Assembly (NCBI RefSeq): GCF_009914755.1
Contig: NC_060948.1
DNA length: 64,000 bases
DNA from: the human T2T-CHM13v2.0 reference genome, Homo sapiens
Strand: one strand, 5' to 3'
The notes under the pieces are model-generated. The model saw nothing but the letters and a program-made list of their open reading frames with translations, was not told the DNA's origin and ran no database searches. The translations under genes and the position numbers were made by a program. Each line of letters starts with the position of its first letter. Position 1 is the first letter of the stretch. This document shows positions 24,402 to 37,900 of this stretch, piece by piece.

Positions 24402-24702
24402 GGATGGGCATGTGGACTCATGCCTGTAATCCCAGAACTTTGGCAGATCAAGGTGGGCAAATTAAGATTAGGTCAAGATCCAGATCATCCTTTCTAACAT
24501 GGTGAAAACCCCTGTCTACTAATAATACAAAAAATTAGCCAGGTGTGGTGGTGGGCAACTGCAGTCCAAGATACTCTGTAGGCTAAGGCAAGAGAATGGC
24601 ATAAACCCAGGAGGCAGAGCTTGCAGTTAGCCAAGATCACACCACTGCACACCAGCCTAAGTGACAGAGTGAGACTCTGTCAAAAAAAAATAAAATTAAA
24701 TT
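24402..24702 (+). mobile_element. Alu (AluY/Sc-like, diverged)
   Basis: Dimeric Alu with A-tail; TSD 'aaagtcagtagg' at 24390-24401 and 24703-24714. Confidence 0.9.
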
Positions 24703-27148
24703 AAAGTCAGTAGGAGTGCACTTCCAAACTATTTACATTCATATCTGCAGCTTGTCCTCATTTTTTTTTATTTTTAATTTTTGAAGAGCAAGAAAATTCT
24801 GGGCCAGTGTCAGGTAAAATCTGATATACTGCCTGCCATTCTTACAAAGCTTAGGAGAAAGCGATGCCGGGAGACACATTGGCAGTCTCCTTTCACCCTC
24901 CGCTGTTGAAAATATTGCCTCTTTTCTAACTGTTTTCTTTCACAGAGGATTTAAGTGTCACATGGGACTGAGAGGATATCTAAGGTAGCTGAAGATTTCT
25001 GGTTAAGACTGCACTATGGTGTTATGTGAAGTCCCAAAAGTAACTCCAGTTTCTGACAACCCATCAAAGTGGTGCCATTAAAACTCCAGACTTTTCTGTT
25101 GCATTTTTTTTTTGTCATTGTGTGGCTAGTGTGTCTCCTATTTCTTCTTTGTATGCAATATTGTGACCTGGAGATATAATCTTACTGGGAAAAGTAAGTG
25201 GATGTCATAGTAATTAGAAATGTAATTCAAACACTTGCAAAACAAGAAGAATCCAAAATTGTAGTTTAAAAATTTTTATTTGGTAAGAGTCTTTTTGTTC
25301 CCTGACGATAGATATTCATGCACTGTATGGAATGGCAAACATTTAAATAAAATTTCTCTTTTTGGATGCTTATTTGTCTTTAAAAAGCTCAGCACTGCCA
25401 TATATATCTAAACAGTTTCTTTTTGAGACACATGATTTTTTCTGCACAGACATACTGTGGGACAGGTGATAGAGTGTTAACTTTCTTTTTCTAACTTTTG
25501 ACTATATAAACCTAGGATTCATCACTTTCATGTGACGTTTTAGATCTTAAAATGCCACCTACTGAGATGAGATTTTTCTCTGTGGGAAGCCTTGTCAGTA
25601 CTTTGCACAAAACTTTTGGTTTTTTAACTCCTCCCTTTCCTGTGTCTTTCTAACAGTAATAAGACTCTCTGCCCTATCTGAAAACAGAAAATTTCCACTT
25701 TCACTAATCGGAAAGAAGGTGCCTTTTAGAGACATATTCTAGCTAAGTGCTGTCTTATGAAAGCCAGCCATGCTAGCTTTACATGTTTTGAGTCACACAT
25801 TCTTCTTCCAGCAGCACTGACGTTTAAACTAAAAGAGAATTTTATGTTTCAAAGTCAGTTGATCTTATTTCCTGGAATTTCAATGTTTTTCTAGGGCCAT
25901 ATCAAAAGAAGCCAGAAATAGTACTAAAAGTCTTACTCTATATAATGGTCTTGCTCGAATCCAATAACTATATAATCTTTTTTTAGGTTCCCAAGTTACT
26001 TTGAGAATCTTCTGGGTTGAATAGGCTTAGGAAACCAACAAAGAGTCACCAGTGGAGAGCTAAAGCCCCGCAGGTAAACATTACTTGTCCTGCTGTCTAG
26101 CTTCTCTGGAACTGTGGGTGAAGGTTTGGCTTGCCTCCATGGGGGACACCTATGTCAGTCACCAGACTCAGGAAAGACAAGACGAACACAAAAACAAGGA
26201 ACATCCTATCTATCTTTTTATTCAGTGAGAGCTACTTCAAAAGGGGGAAAAGGAGTATGGGATGCTTTCTCTATATATTTCTTTAGAAAGTTCACAAACA
26301 ATCTGCAATGTGCAACTCTCTAGATTACATTTTGAAATACAGACATTTAATTGACTATGAGACTCTGAAAAAGAAAGTGGCTTATGTATTTCTTTGTTTA
26401 TTTATTGCTGAAGGGCACGACAATCTTACCAGCTCCAGGACAGACAGGCCTAGCTTTCTGAAGGAAGTGTTCATTTTAGTACTATTCAACAGTTACATCT
26501 TTTCTTCAGATGGCAAAGAAAAGAGTTTGATTTTTTATTTTTTTTGTACATGCTTACTTCTACTTGGGAGAATCCACATCTTTAAGAGCATTGTAAAACT
26601 GACTCTGCCCTCTTGGCAGTCATATCAGGCAAGTTTCAAGGAGATAATTCATTAAAGTCAGAGACCAACCCATGAGGAACACTCAAATGTAACTTCCAAA
26701 TACCCTAACTGCAACCCTTATTTAGAACCTCCAATAGCAATTTTATCAGCTTGTCTTATTTTTGCCACTAAAGAAACCCCCAACTTCACTGTTGCCCCTG
26801 CAGGAAATACTCCATAGAAGTGATACTAGTAGAGTACAAGTTTTCTACTCATTTCAGGGACTTAGAAAAATAATGGAAAACCTAAGCAAGTATCTCTGAT
26901 GAACCTGATTGATATACAGAGGCATTTCAAAATCTAACTCAAGTGTTTAATCATAACTGAAGAGATGACACATTATTCCTAAACTAAACCATAACCATTG
27001 CCCTAAAGCAGACGTTTTTACAGAGAGTAGAATTATCCATGGATGAACCACATGTCTTTTATAAAATCTTGAAAAATGGAGGGTGTAAAGGAAAAAAAAA
27101 TGTTGAACCGGTAACAGAATACTTATAAAACTCCTCTATTGTTTATTG

Positions 27149-27167
27149 TTTATATATATATACACTC

Positions 27168-27217
<50 letters not shown>

Positions 27218-27636
27218 TCCTGTATATATATATATATATATACACTCTTGTATATATATATATTCCTGTACATATATATGTATACTCTTGTATATATATA
27301 TACTCCTGTATATACATATATATACACTCCTGTATATACATATATATACACTCCTGTATATACATATATATATACACTCCTGTATATATATATGTATACT
27401 CCTGTGTATATATATGTATATTCCTGTATATATATACTCCTGTATATATATATACTCCTGTATATATATGTACCCTGTATGTATATATATACTCCTGTAT
27501 ATATATGTACTCCTGTATATATATATACTCCTGTATATATATATACTCTTCTGTATATATATATACTCCTGTATATATATATATACTCCTGTATATATAT
27601 ATATATATATTCCTGTATATATGTATATATATATTC

Positions 27637-27698
<62 letters not shown>
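27149..27698. repeat. Complex (TA)n-based VNTR with recurrent ACTCCTG interruptions, ending (TG)n(TA)n(GA)n
   Basis: More than 20 variable units of the form (TA)n-(C)ACTCCTG; this tract explains the spurious Y/I-rich ORFs in all six frames. Confidence 0.95.
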
Positions 27699-27699
<1 letters not shown>

Positions 27700-27964
27700 A
27701 CATACATGAAGGCTTATGAAGAAACAGAACAAAACTTCTTAATTACTCTAAACTACTCATAATATGTTGAAACTACATAAAAATTACTTAGTCTTTTTTA
27801 ACATCCCGAGAGATGCTTTAGTGAAACACATTTTTCTATCTCCCTATTGAGTTAAGAGAGAGTTAATCTTTAGAGAAAACTTTATTACTCAAGCAGACCC
27901 TGACATCAAAAGAAAGCTGCAAATCATGTCATAGGTTCAGATAATATTGTGGTTTTAGCAATGC

Positions 27965-30900
27965 ATCAAGATATAACAGCCTTTCTTTCATTTGAGATAA
28001 CACCATGAGTCTTTTATTTTACATTTAAAATTAATGACTGTAAACACGGGAAAATGTTGGGAGCAAAAGTTTAAATAAGTGGCAAAATAAGCTGTCAGCA
28101 GAGCTATAAGCTTGAATAAGTCATCCACTGGAGTGTAAGGTTTTTATGGCCTAAAAAATAAAGATATATGCTTAGTTTGCAAGTTGTCTTGGAGAATGTG
28201 TGACTTAGCTTTGCCCAGGCCCAGGACTTGTTAGCTTAGCCCAGGAACTCTGCCTGGGAGCTGTCTGAAGGAATAATTTGTAATCACTGCTTAGCTTGGC
28301 CCAGGACCTATCATGAGCTAAAGTAAGAACTTGTCCTGGGATGCTGGCTCAGGACCAATCAGGGACAGAAGTGATGATTCACATGGGTTGAGTAAACAGT
28401 CAAAAACAAAAAGAAAGAATCCAGCTGGTACCCACTAGATCCCACTGGATTTATGTCCACAGGAAAAAAAAAGAAACTTTATTTTTTGGAAGCTCTCTGA
28501 GTATACAGAGAACAGCATTTCTATGCCAGGCATTGTTTCCCCATCTGAGTGAGTCAGAGTTTTGTAAAAGCTTTTATCTGAATGGATGGCAGGTTCTATT
28601 ATCTGTGTCACTGCAGCCATGTTATCAGGCATAACCTTCTGTGTTAGATCTCTTACTGGTGCCCACACCTTTTTTTTTTTTTTGGTCTGATTATAATGTT
28701 ATATTGGAATCAGGCCCTTACCTATGGACTTGGGTCTTCCAGGGACCTTTTCCTTGCTCTTTACACAGGGAAAGCTAGCTAAGTTGTCTTTGTACTCCCA
28801 CAGAAATGAAAACTTTAACTGCTCTTAGGAAATTGGGCATTGGTCTTTCCGGCTACTTGTTACTGGAGAAGAGTGTCATGTAGAAAACAATAGGTAGGAT
28901 TCCACTGAGAGTTGGTTTAGGTATTTGTAGAAGAAAGGCATGCTAATGCATGGTTTTATTTGCATTACATATTAAAGCATGATAGACTTTAGGCAATAAA
29001 AAGATAGTTTGGATTATTAGAAAACACATCACAACTAGACAAGGAGAGTGAGAATACCTTAAATACCTCAAGGCTGCTGACGTGCTCAGATAACAGGCTG
29101 CTTTATTTATCCGTGTTAAGATTTGATTACATGAGACTTGGGTTTACTTACCTTTCTTGACTTTATTTTCCAAAATGAAAATACTGTGTTACAGGTACCC
29201 TATTTTTTAATTACCTGAAAATATTTGTGGAATGCTTTCATGCTTGCACAAAATTAGAATATTGTTATAGATTTATCTATTACTCATATTTTTTCTGTTT
29301 TCCAAGAACTGTAGCTGGACATCACCAGTTGGCTCAAAGAAACAAAAAGATTCATTAAAATTGAAAGATGAGATGAGAAGTTAGTGACAGAGGTGTAGTA
29401 GACTGTGAAACATATATATTTCTTATAGTCCTGATTTTTGTTAAAAATAAATCACGATAAAAGAAAGTTGTTTGCAAAACAGACTTGTCTACACTTAGCC
29501 AGACTATTTTTGTATAGTGCTGCAAGAAATAATTTTACATGTGCTTTCCTCATTGGCTTTTTATGAAACTCTATCTTACAGGGAATCTTAAATGAGACAT
29601 TATAAAACTGAGCCCGGCCGTAGGTTTGTACCCTTAGATACATATCACCTGGGTAAGCTCCTCTATTTTGTGAGGCTCCAAGTGCATGAAGTTCCTGGGC
29701 CTGAAACAAAGTGGCAGTTTTGTTTGTTTGTTTGTTTGTTTTTACTTACAAAGTGGTTAGAAAACCTGTATTGGGATTGTGTAAACAAAGTATATGGCCA
29801 GTTTTCCCAAGGGGCTTTTATTGTTTCTAGAGGTCAAATTTAATTCATTTAAGAAGACACACTCTTCCAGTCAAACCCTGAGAAAATCAACCAGCTTTTT
29901 CTATTGGGTTATGCTGCAAATGAAAATACATTTTTTGTTGCACCGATTCAAACAATTATATTGTTGTAAGTTAAGAATAATCACACATAGTTTCCAAATT
30001 TTAGAGGAACCAGGCACAGAGGGAAAAAAAGTATTTTCCAAGTTTTATTAACAACAGTCTATCAATGACAGTGTTAAAAACTGTAGCTAGTTTAAAAGAA
30101 AGTGTTCCTGACTTTAAAACAAAAAACAAGAGTCAGAAATATTCCAAACAAAAGGTAAAGTGATTGCTTCATTATTCTGCCGCTTTAGTCTATTTTAACA
30201 TTTGTCCTGCTTGACATTTATAAACATTTTAGCTATTCCTAAATTCTGTGCATTTTTCTGTTGTAAAAAACCTGCAGTTGAGACGACCTGGAAAACTTCT
30301 AGAGCTAATTATAAACCCTTATTCTTGAGGGAGATTAAATGTTTATAAATGACAACATATCTAGGGTGGTTAGAAACAGAATAGACAAAGACACTTGGTT
30401 ATGTCTGTGGTTTACAAGAGCTTAACATAATAATTTTAATTAAAATTGATAGCACATATTCAGAGATTAAGAACATTAAGAACACTATATGGTTTTGATA
30501 CTTGTGTTAATATGACTCACTGAAATATATTCTGAAAAAAATAAAATATTACCATCAAAATTACATGTATTTAAGTATGTTTTATAAATATGTTTAACTT
30601 TTTCTTTTATGCCCAGGGGCCCTCTGAAGCACCCAAAATATAGGTTTCGGAAGATTCATCCTTGAAATTAAAATTTTATGCCTGGAAGCCTGCCAAACAT
30701 TTTAGAGGATTAAGACACTTAAGATTATGAAATACAATTCCAGATTTCCATAAGTCATTTGTTTTGCCAAAATACAAAAGGTAGAAATGTTTGAAAGGGC
30801 AGAAATGTTTTATCAGCCTTCACTATTATGTAATAATCTCTTTCAGAAAGACAAATTTTACCCTTGAATTAATCTCCTCCTAATATTAACCCTAAATTTA

Positions 30901-32049
30901 ATGAAACCTTATGTAAAATTATGTTTAACCTTAGAAAGTTTGACCATGAAGTGAGATTTTCACAAGGTTACTACAACATTTTAATAACCTTTTACAAATT
31001 TGCTAAAGAAAGATTAGTGTTTCAAGAAATTTTTGTTGTGCTTTCATTTCAATGCTTAACTGAAGAAATAAACATAATACACTTATGAATCTAGTTACTA
31101 GGTTACAGAGGTTTTTTTGGCAATATCGAATTTTTGACAGTTATTTTTCACAGCTTGTGTAAACATTTAGATTTACTTTAGTTAATTAAAGAAAATCCTT
31201 TAACTCTAGCAAAATGCACATTTCCATGCCTTTCTATAATTTATTTTTACTACAAACACATTTTACTCTTCTACCACACCTGGTGATTAAATTTACATTC
31301 CATATTCTCAATTACGCATTATAATAATACCTTTTAACAATTAACTTGAATGTAAGACCTTATGAGTTTATAAAATGATGGGCTGGGTGCAGATAAATCT
31401 GATTTGTGACAACATTATTAAGGGAGTGTTTATTTTTATATGTCTTCGGGCCTTAGGTTGTTTTTGTTTTCCATAAGTTAAAATCACGTGAACTGAAAAG
31501 TACAAAAGCCTTTATTTTCTTGTTCAGCAAAATATTTACTTCAAGTACTTATTCTTCACTGAGTTAATGAGTCATATTTTTTAAAAAAAATACACATAAC
31601 ACATACATAACAATACAGAGAAACAGAAGTTCCAGGAGCTATAAAATTTTATTTTACCAGTTTTCCAATTGGATTATTGACCTCTGAGGCCCTTTAAGAA
31701 GTGCGCTATGAATAGTTTCCAGGGCCTAATAAAAAAGCCTCACTGAGGCTGGGCACGATGGCTCACACCTGTAATCCCAGCACTTTACGAAGCCCAGGTT
31801 GGGAGAGCAGAAGGTCAAGAGATTGAGACAAACCTGGCCAACGTGGTTAAACCCCGTCTCTACTAAAAACACAGAAATTAGCTGGGCATGATTGTGTACA
31901 ATTTTTAGTCTCAGCTACTCGGGAGGCTGAGAGAGGAGAATCACTTGGAAACAGGAGAATCCCTTGATCCCAGGAGGCAGGGGTTGCAATGATACAAGGG
32001 TGTACAACTGCACTCCAGCCTGGTGACAGAGTGAGACTCCCAAAAAAAA

Positions 32050-32082
<33 letters not shown>

Positions 32083-34140
32083 GAAAAGAAAAGAAAAGAA
32101 AAAGCATAGCTTGCAAAAGAGATAGATAAGAGAGAGATTTTGAGAGGTATTATTCACTTCTAATTCCAAGGCCTACATAAGAAATACAGATTTCTCACAA
32201 AAGACAATTTGTGGTAGAGTGGATAAAGGTAATTTAGCTGACAGAGAGAAAAAACTTTTTCAAGAAAACAAGATTTATGAGGAGAAAAACATAAATGTCT
32301 TTTGAATATACCTATAGCATAAATCTCCACTTTTAATTAAGCTGATAGCTTTTTAACATTTTTTATTAATTTTACCTTACAGAGAATATAAACAGGGATG
32401 TGTATAATTTATTTGACCAGTTTACACCGCTACCTGTTCACAATCATGTTCATCTTCTCAAGTTTCCCCTGGTAGAAAGTCGCTGGGTTCAGGCAAGGAC
32501 AGGCTTTCAAATGGGCTGCAGCTCTCTTTAGCATCAAAGCCTGACATTTGAGGAGGCGATTGTCAGTTCACAAGAGACTTTTTTAAGGAAACAGCAGTCC
32601 TGCTATGCTGTGTGGTGTGCCATCAGGCATGTTATTTTCATAGTGAAACTAATGACTTCTGACACCAACAATGTCACCGATGCAACTGCTGAGAAGTAGG
32701 CTGTCCATTTTATTAGAAACCAAGCTAAATTTCTTCCTTAAGTAAACCACTAGTTGTGGAGCTGGACCTCGAGCCTCATCTCAGGTTTCAAGGTCTATTT
32801 TCTCTCTTCCTGATACACAGAGATTAATGCCTTTACTATGGAAAAACCTAGGGCTTGTGCTTTAAGTAAGGTTTGTTTAGCTGGTTAAATTTTTGTGAGT
32901 ACCAGGTTCTTAAGTTAAGCAGTGAGTTTTATCTGCTTTAGTTTCTACTATGACATGGTATAAAAGATTAGCTACTTCTCTGTACCGAAGTACCTGCCAT
33001 CTGAAAAATCAGGTAATGCCCAAGAATCTTCTTAACTGTCAAAAAAAATGGGATTGATTCCTGACCTTGTGTGTTGGTCTCTTCTAATAAGACTAGACTC
33101 AGGTACCATACTGAAGTCTGAAAGAGTTGAGCATTAGATTTTGATAATCAATAGTTTTGTTTTGTTTTGCTTTGTTTTTTAATTTTTGCCAGATAGTTTA
33201 GCAGAGCATTAGTGCGTTCCCAGGAAGCCCATCACAATCTTGCTATTGTATTTCACCAGTGCACAAACACTAACAGTCTCTACTTATCTAAGTTAATACT
33301 GGATGTTTCTTTTCTATGTTTTAGAAGAATAAGAATCACAGACACATTTTAGAAGACTAAAGAGCACTAAGGTTGAAGAGAAAGTTTAAGAAGCAAAAGA
33401 AAACAGCTCAATGACGGCAGTGATGTGGTCAAAATGGGTTAAGCAATATGAAACTTGGGTTCAGCATTTTTGTGTTGTGAGTGGTAAGAAATGGACTTAG
33501 TCTGTAGGCTGTCTTAAAAAATGTGTGGCTTAGTTCTGCCTGGGTCCTTAGATCCTAGCCCAATCAGAAAGCTTAGCCTGAGACCTTGGCTCAGTACCTA
33601 TTAGTTGCAAAAGTCAATATTCATAAAGGCTACTCAGCTTAGCGAACAACTCTTCAGAAGCTGAAGTGAAACCGTGGCCCAGGATTTTGTCCAGAACTAA
33701 TCTGAGGCTGAAGTAATGATTCAGAGATGTGGGGCTCACAATCCAAGAAGAAACTAAAAGTGTTCCCTGGAAGGCACTTACTCCCACTCTCCCACTCTCT
33801 TTATGTTCACAAAATGAAAAGAAACATTTCTGGAAGCCCACTGATTATAAAATGGACAAAGCTATTTCTATTGCAGGCCTTGTCTTCCCATTTGAGTAAG
33901 CTTGAAGTTTCCAGAAGTTTCTGAGTGAGCTGGAGGTTCTTCTATCTGTGCAGCTGTGGGCATGTCTTCAGACACAACTCTCTGTTCTAGTTCATGTATT
34001 GGTGCCTTCAGCTGGAATGTTTTTTTCTAGGCTGCTTTTTATCTTATGTGGAAATGAGGCAGTGACCAGTGGGCTCAGAAGTTTCTGGAGATACTTGTCT
34101 TTCTGTCTGTATAAGGCAAGCTAGCTAACACACTTCACTA
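27965..34140 (-). mobile_element. MER4-group ERV1 LTRs (~27970-28760, ~33270-34140) and non-coding internal sequence, antisense
   Basis: Antisense homology to the LTR family at 16031 and 23600 (repeated 'gcttagcttggcccagg/gaccttggc' units); PBS-like 'caccagtgcac' at ~33255. Confidence 0.5.
31747..32065 (+). mobile_element. Alu (AluS-like) with a small internal duplication and an A/CA/GAAAA tail
   Basis: 'ggctgggcacgatggctcacacctgtaatcccagcactt' through 'gtgacagagtgagactcc' and poly(A); 'ggagaatc.cttg' occurs twice. Confidence 0.9.
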
Positions 34141-37100
34141 TTGGAGGAGATCCCTGGATTGGAGAGAAGAAGAGAGAAACAGGCTCTAGAATTTAGAAAA
34201 ATGTTGTTCTTTTTGTTGTTGTTGTTGTTTAATTTCCATTTTGCCTCAAGAATTACTTGAATCCTCTAGATCACAGTGACAGGTAGAGCTTGGTATCAAT
34301 TATTCCTGCTGAACAATGTGGGATACACATGCTGGACATGGTGACCTATGTCTCTGGGGACATTTCTTCTTTCACTCATCTCCCTCACAGGCTGAACATT
34401 AGGGTATATTCTTTTACCGCCTGGGCAATTCCTTTTAAAGTGTCCTGGCTTGTCACACTAGTAGAAATCAGCAGGTGTATGTTGGGGATTCTAGATCTTG
34501 TAGGCCTGTGAAATGGTGAGTAATGCCTTTTTCAATCTCTTGTGTCTCCTCTCTACTTACTAGGTCTCCTCTTTCCAGTTCTTGTTTTAAAAGATCAGGA
34601 AGCCACTCCAGGAAGTTTTCCAAAGTGCTATCTGATCCCAAAGCTTACTTCTGTAGTTTTTTTTTTCTGATATTAGAAGATGGCTGAGAAATAAACTAGT
34701 ATTTTAACATTGTCTAACTCCTGATTGAATTAGGACATAGAGAGATATGTTTTGCTAAAGCTTCTCTCAGCCTTTCCAAAGAAGCTGAGAGATATTTTTC
34801 TGGTTTGTGGTTCAACAAGGGCAGTTTAGAGTAATTAACAGGTTTTATTCTGGTTCTTTGGAAGTCTGTTAATATGCACAGTAGAAAGTGTTCTTTTTTC
34901 CATTCAGCTATGTGTTTACTAAGGCTTCAATTAGGATTGTAAAACAGCAGTATTTTTATTTCTGTTGGAAATAGTAATTCTGTCTTTTTTCACTCATTTT
35001 CATCTTCCAAATGTGTCTATTTTTGATTGACTATGGGATGTCAGTTGTTCATCTTCAAATTCCTTTGTTGCCTATAATGCTGCCTGTAGTGCTGCCTGTT
35101 TTTCAGCAGTAGTTAAAATGTGGCTTAATAGTTGCACTGCATTTCTGCAGATAAGATGAAAAATGTGGTTTAAATTTTGGAAAGCCTGTGTAGGTCTATC
35201 AGGGAACTGCCCTAAGTCTGGCTTTATGTGTACATTTACTGCAGTGAGAAGGAAATTTAAACCTTAGTAGCACCATGTTCATTGTGCGTTTGTTATATTG
35301 GCAACAGTAAAGTTGAAGGTTTCCTGGGAATGCACAACCATAGGGGTTATTATATGGCTATTCTGAGTCTCAGATAAAGGAGGCAGATTGGGCACTCAGA
35401 AAATGCATTTGGCCGTTCTCTAGAGATTTGACTCTTTAACTTTGGTAGACTCACCTTGCATGGTTCCCAAAGTGGCAGGTGAAATTTTACAATGTTTACA
35501 AAATCTTGGTTTTTTGGAGAGCAAAAAGACCTAGTTGTTAGATATTACTGAAATTATGCTTCTTTGGGAAGGCCAGGTCTTCTATCAGGAATATGGCCAT
35601 CTTGTTGTCAATTGAATATTATTATTATTGTTTTTAAATTTAGAGACTCAGGGTCAATGGAGTCACAGTGCTTCCAAGTGCATTCAAGGGGAGTGCAGTC
35701 TACAGTTGCTTTGTTGCCATCTAGGAACAGAGAGGAAATAAGGCATCACTCAGATGCCTTCCTCCTTTTGTTGTTACCCAGAATAAATAGAAAGAGTTAA
35801 GGTATACTTTTTCATCTTTTTCCTCTGTCTCATTGGTGTCCCCAAATGGTCATAGGTGCTGCCCATAAATGGAAGTATAGCCTTTACTCATAAATCTGGA
35901 GGAGCTAGTCAGCAGCACTAGTGACACTCACCTGTGCAAATCCCTACTTTTCTGCCCTGCTTTTGCCCGAGACCCACTGAGCCCCAAAGGCTTGCAATTC
36001 ACCCCAGAGGCCTTGGAGATGTTACATAGTAGTAAAATTTGTTCAAACCATTTTAATAGAGGAAGTGTCTTCCTACTAACTTTGGTTTTTCTAACTATGT
36101 TCTCAGTGAAACATCAGAATCTCAGAGAATGAGACAGACTGACTTTCAAGCATTTTAAATCCAAAATTAGTGCAGCATAGAAAAGGTGGCTCAAAGCTGT
36201 AGAAATGGAATGGCTGAATGGTCCTTCATGGGGAAAGCAAAGAAGCTAAAATATGTCCTGTAACATTGTCTTTCTCCTTTAATAGCGGAGTCTGCCTGTT
36301 TACAGATAGGACATGGGGCCTAACCAATGAGAGTGGAATGTAAATGGGAAAATAATTTGAAAAATCTAAGTTTTGGACAATGAATTGCCAAGGCTCCAGG
36401 TAGAAAAGAAATTTCATTTCACTAGGTGGTGATGTAAGGTTAGAAATGCTAGCTTAAGAATTCTGACTCAAAATTATTTTTATTCATAAGTTAGAAAGAC
36501 AGATTTGGGTTTTGATATATTGTTTCCACCGCATGTCTCTCAACAGGCATAAATGAACTTGTCTCATGATGGAACTTTTATGTGGAGGAAAATAATATAT
36601 TTGTAAAAATTCCTAATAAAGGAAAAGGTAATTACTTGGGGTCAAATCCTTCCCATACAGTGCCATGAATGTCTATTATTGAGGGACAAAAAGGCTTTTA
36701 TAGGTAAAAATTTATACTGAAATCTTGAGTTCCACTTGTTTCAGGGAAATCACAAAAATAAACCTTTTTAAATTACATTCATAATTACTAACACACCAAG
36801 TGAGTGTATTAAGCAAGTCTGTATACACCTAGTCTGCAAAAGTACCTACAGCATTGCATACAATATGAAAGGCATTATAGCTGTGAAAATCAAAATTATA
36901 AATTCAATAGATAAAAATGGGAAATCCTTGAGCCAAAGGCCTGATGAGCCGTCACAGACCAGAATTAGTCTCAAGGCAATCAGGTAACACTGTGATGTAG
37001 CCTCAAGCTGAAACTTCAGTTTCCTTAGGATCTCCTTTAAATCTCATGTAATTGCCAGGCTCTTTATGAGAAAAAAATATTCTTGAAACAAAGAAGACAT

Positions 37101-37900
37101 TTTTGAAATGAATACGAAAGTTTAAATTCTATTTTTAACCCTCTGAGTTATTTTCTTTTCAGTCCATGCATCAATATATGTTGTAGTCTCACCAATGCAA
37201 CAAGATGTAAAGGTATCCCTTTGTCTGTGATTATATGCAAAGATCTTGGTCTTAGTTCAAAAAAAAAAAATTAAGAAGCTCAGAAACAAAGTTGAGATTA
37301 AAGAAAAAAAAAAGAAAAAAGTGCAAGAAGAAAGCTCTCTGCCAGTGAAAAGAAGGGTGCAAATGTGTTTCCCACTATGAGGTTGAGGTTCAGGGTTATT
37401 ATGAACTAGCATGAGAAAGAAATGCTTTAAGTCAATGCACTCTTTTGAAGACCATGTGATTCAGCTGGGCCTGGGGTCTCGGCCTGAGAATAATTAGAAA
37501 GCTTAACCCAAGAAATTTCCCTAGAAATAATCAGGAGGTGTAGTCATAATTTATAGAAGCTGCTGAGCTCATCCCATGACCTATAAGGAGCTTCCTGGAA
37601 TCCAAATGATTATACAAAAGGCAAGGATATTTTTGTGCCAGGGCTCATTTTCTTATCACAGTGAGGCCGAGTTTTGTGCAAGACTTTTATCTGAATTGAC
37701 TTAAGGTTCTTCTGTCTGTGAAGATATGAATCTCAAGATGCAGCCACCTTTATTAGTTGTCTTATTGGTATCTGCAGCCTGATTTTTTTTCGGACTGCTT
37801 ATGTGTTATGTATAAATGAGACACAAACATGTAGACTGGTGGTTTTCCAGGGACCCTTTCCTTGCTGTCTCCTTAAGTCAAGCTAGCTTTATCATCTCAA
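34140..37900 (-). mobile_element. MER4-group/HUERS-like ERV1: degenerate gag (~34500-35720), leader and 5' LTR (~37210-37900)
   Basis: The minus strand gives gag-like PLECTWKHCDSIDPESL and LGQFPDRPTQAFQNL..LTTAEKQAAL; PBS-like 'caccaatgcaacaa' at ~37190. Confidence 0.6.

Larger units (their letters stand above)
23600..27950 (+). mobile_element. MER4-group/HUERS-like ERV1: LTR (~23600-24325), leader and degenerate gag
   Basis: LTR end 'gtgacacctcaaaatgagagaatgataca' plus PBS-like 'ttgtggtgcatt'. Gag MA-like LDYILKYRHLIDYETLKKK (ORF 26308) and CA-like 'gatatacagaggcatttcaaaatctaactcaagtgttt'. Confidence 0.6.

Noticed and set aside
27136-27762. Six overlapping 128-207 aa Y/I-rich ORFs
   Set aside because: Artefact of the stop-free (TA)n VNTR; not protein-coding.
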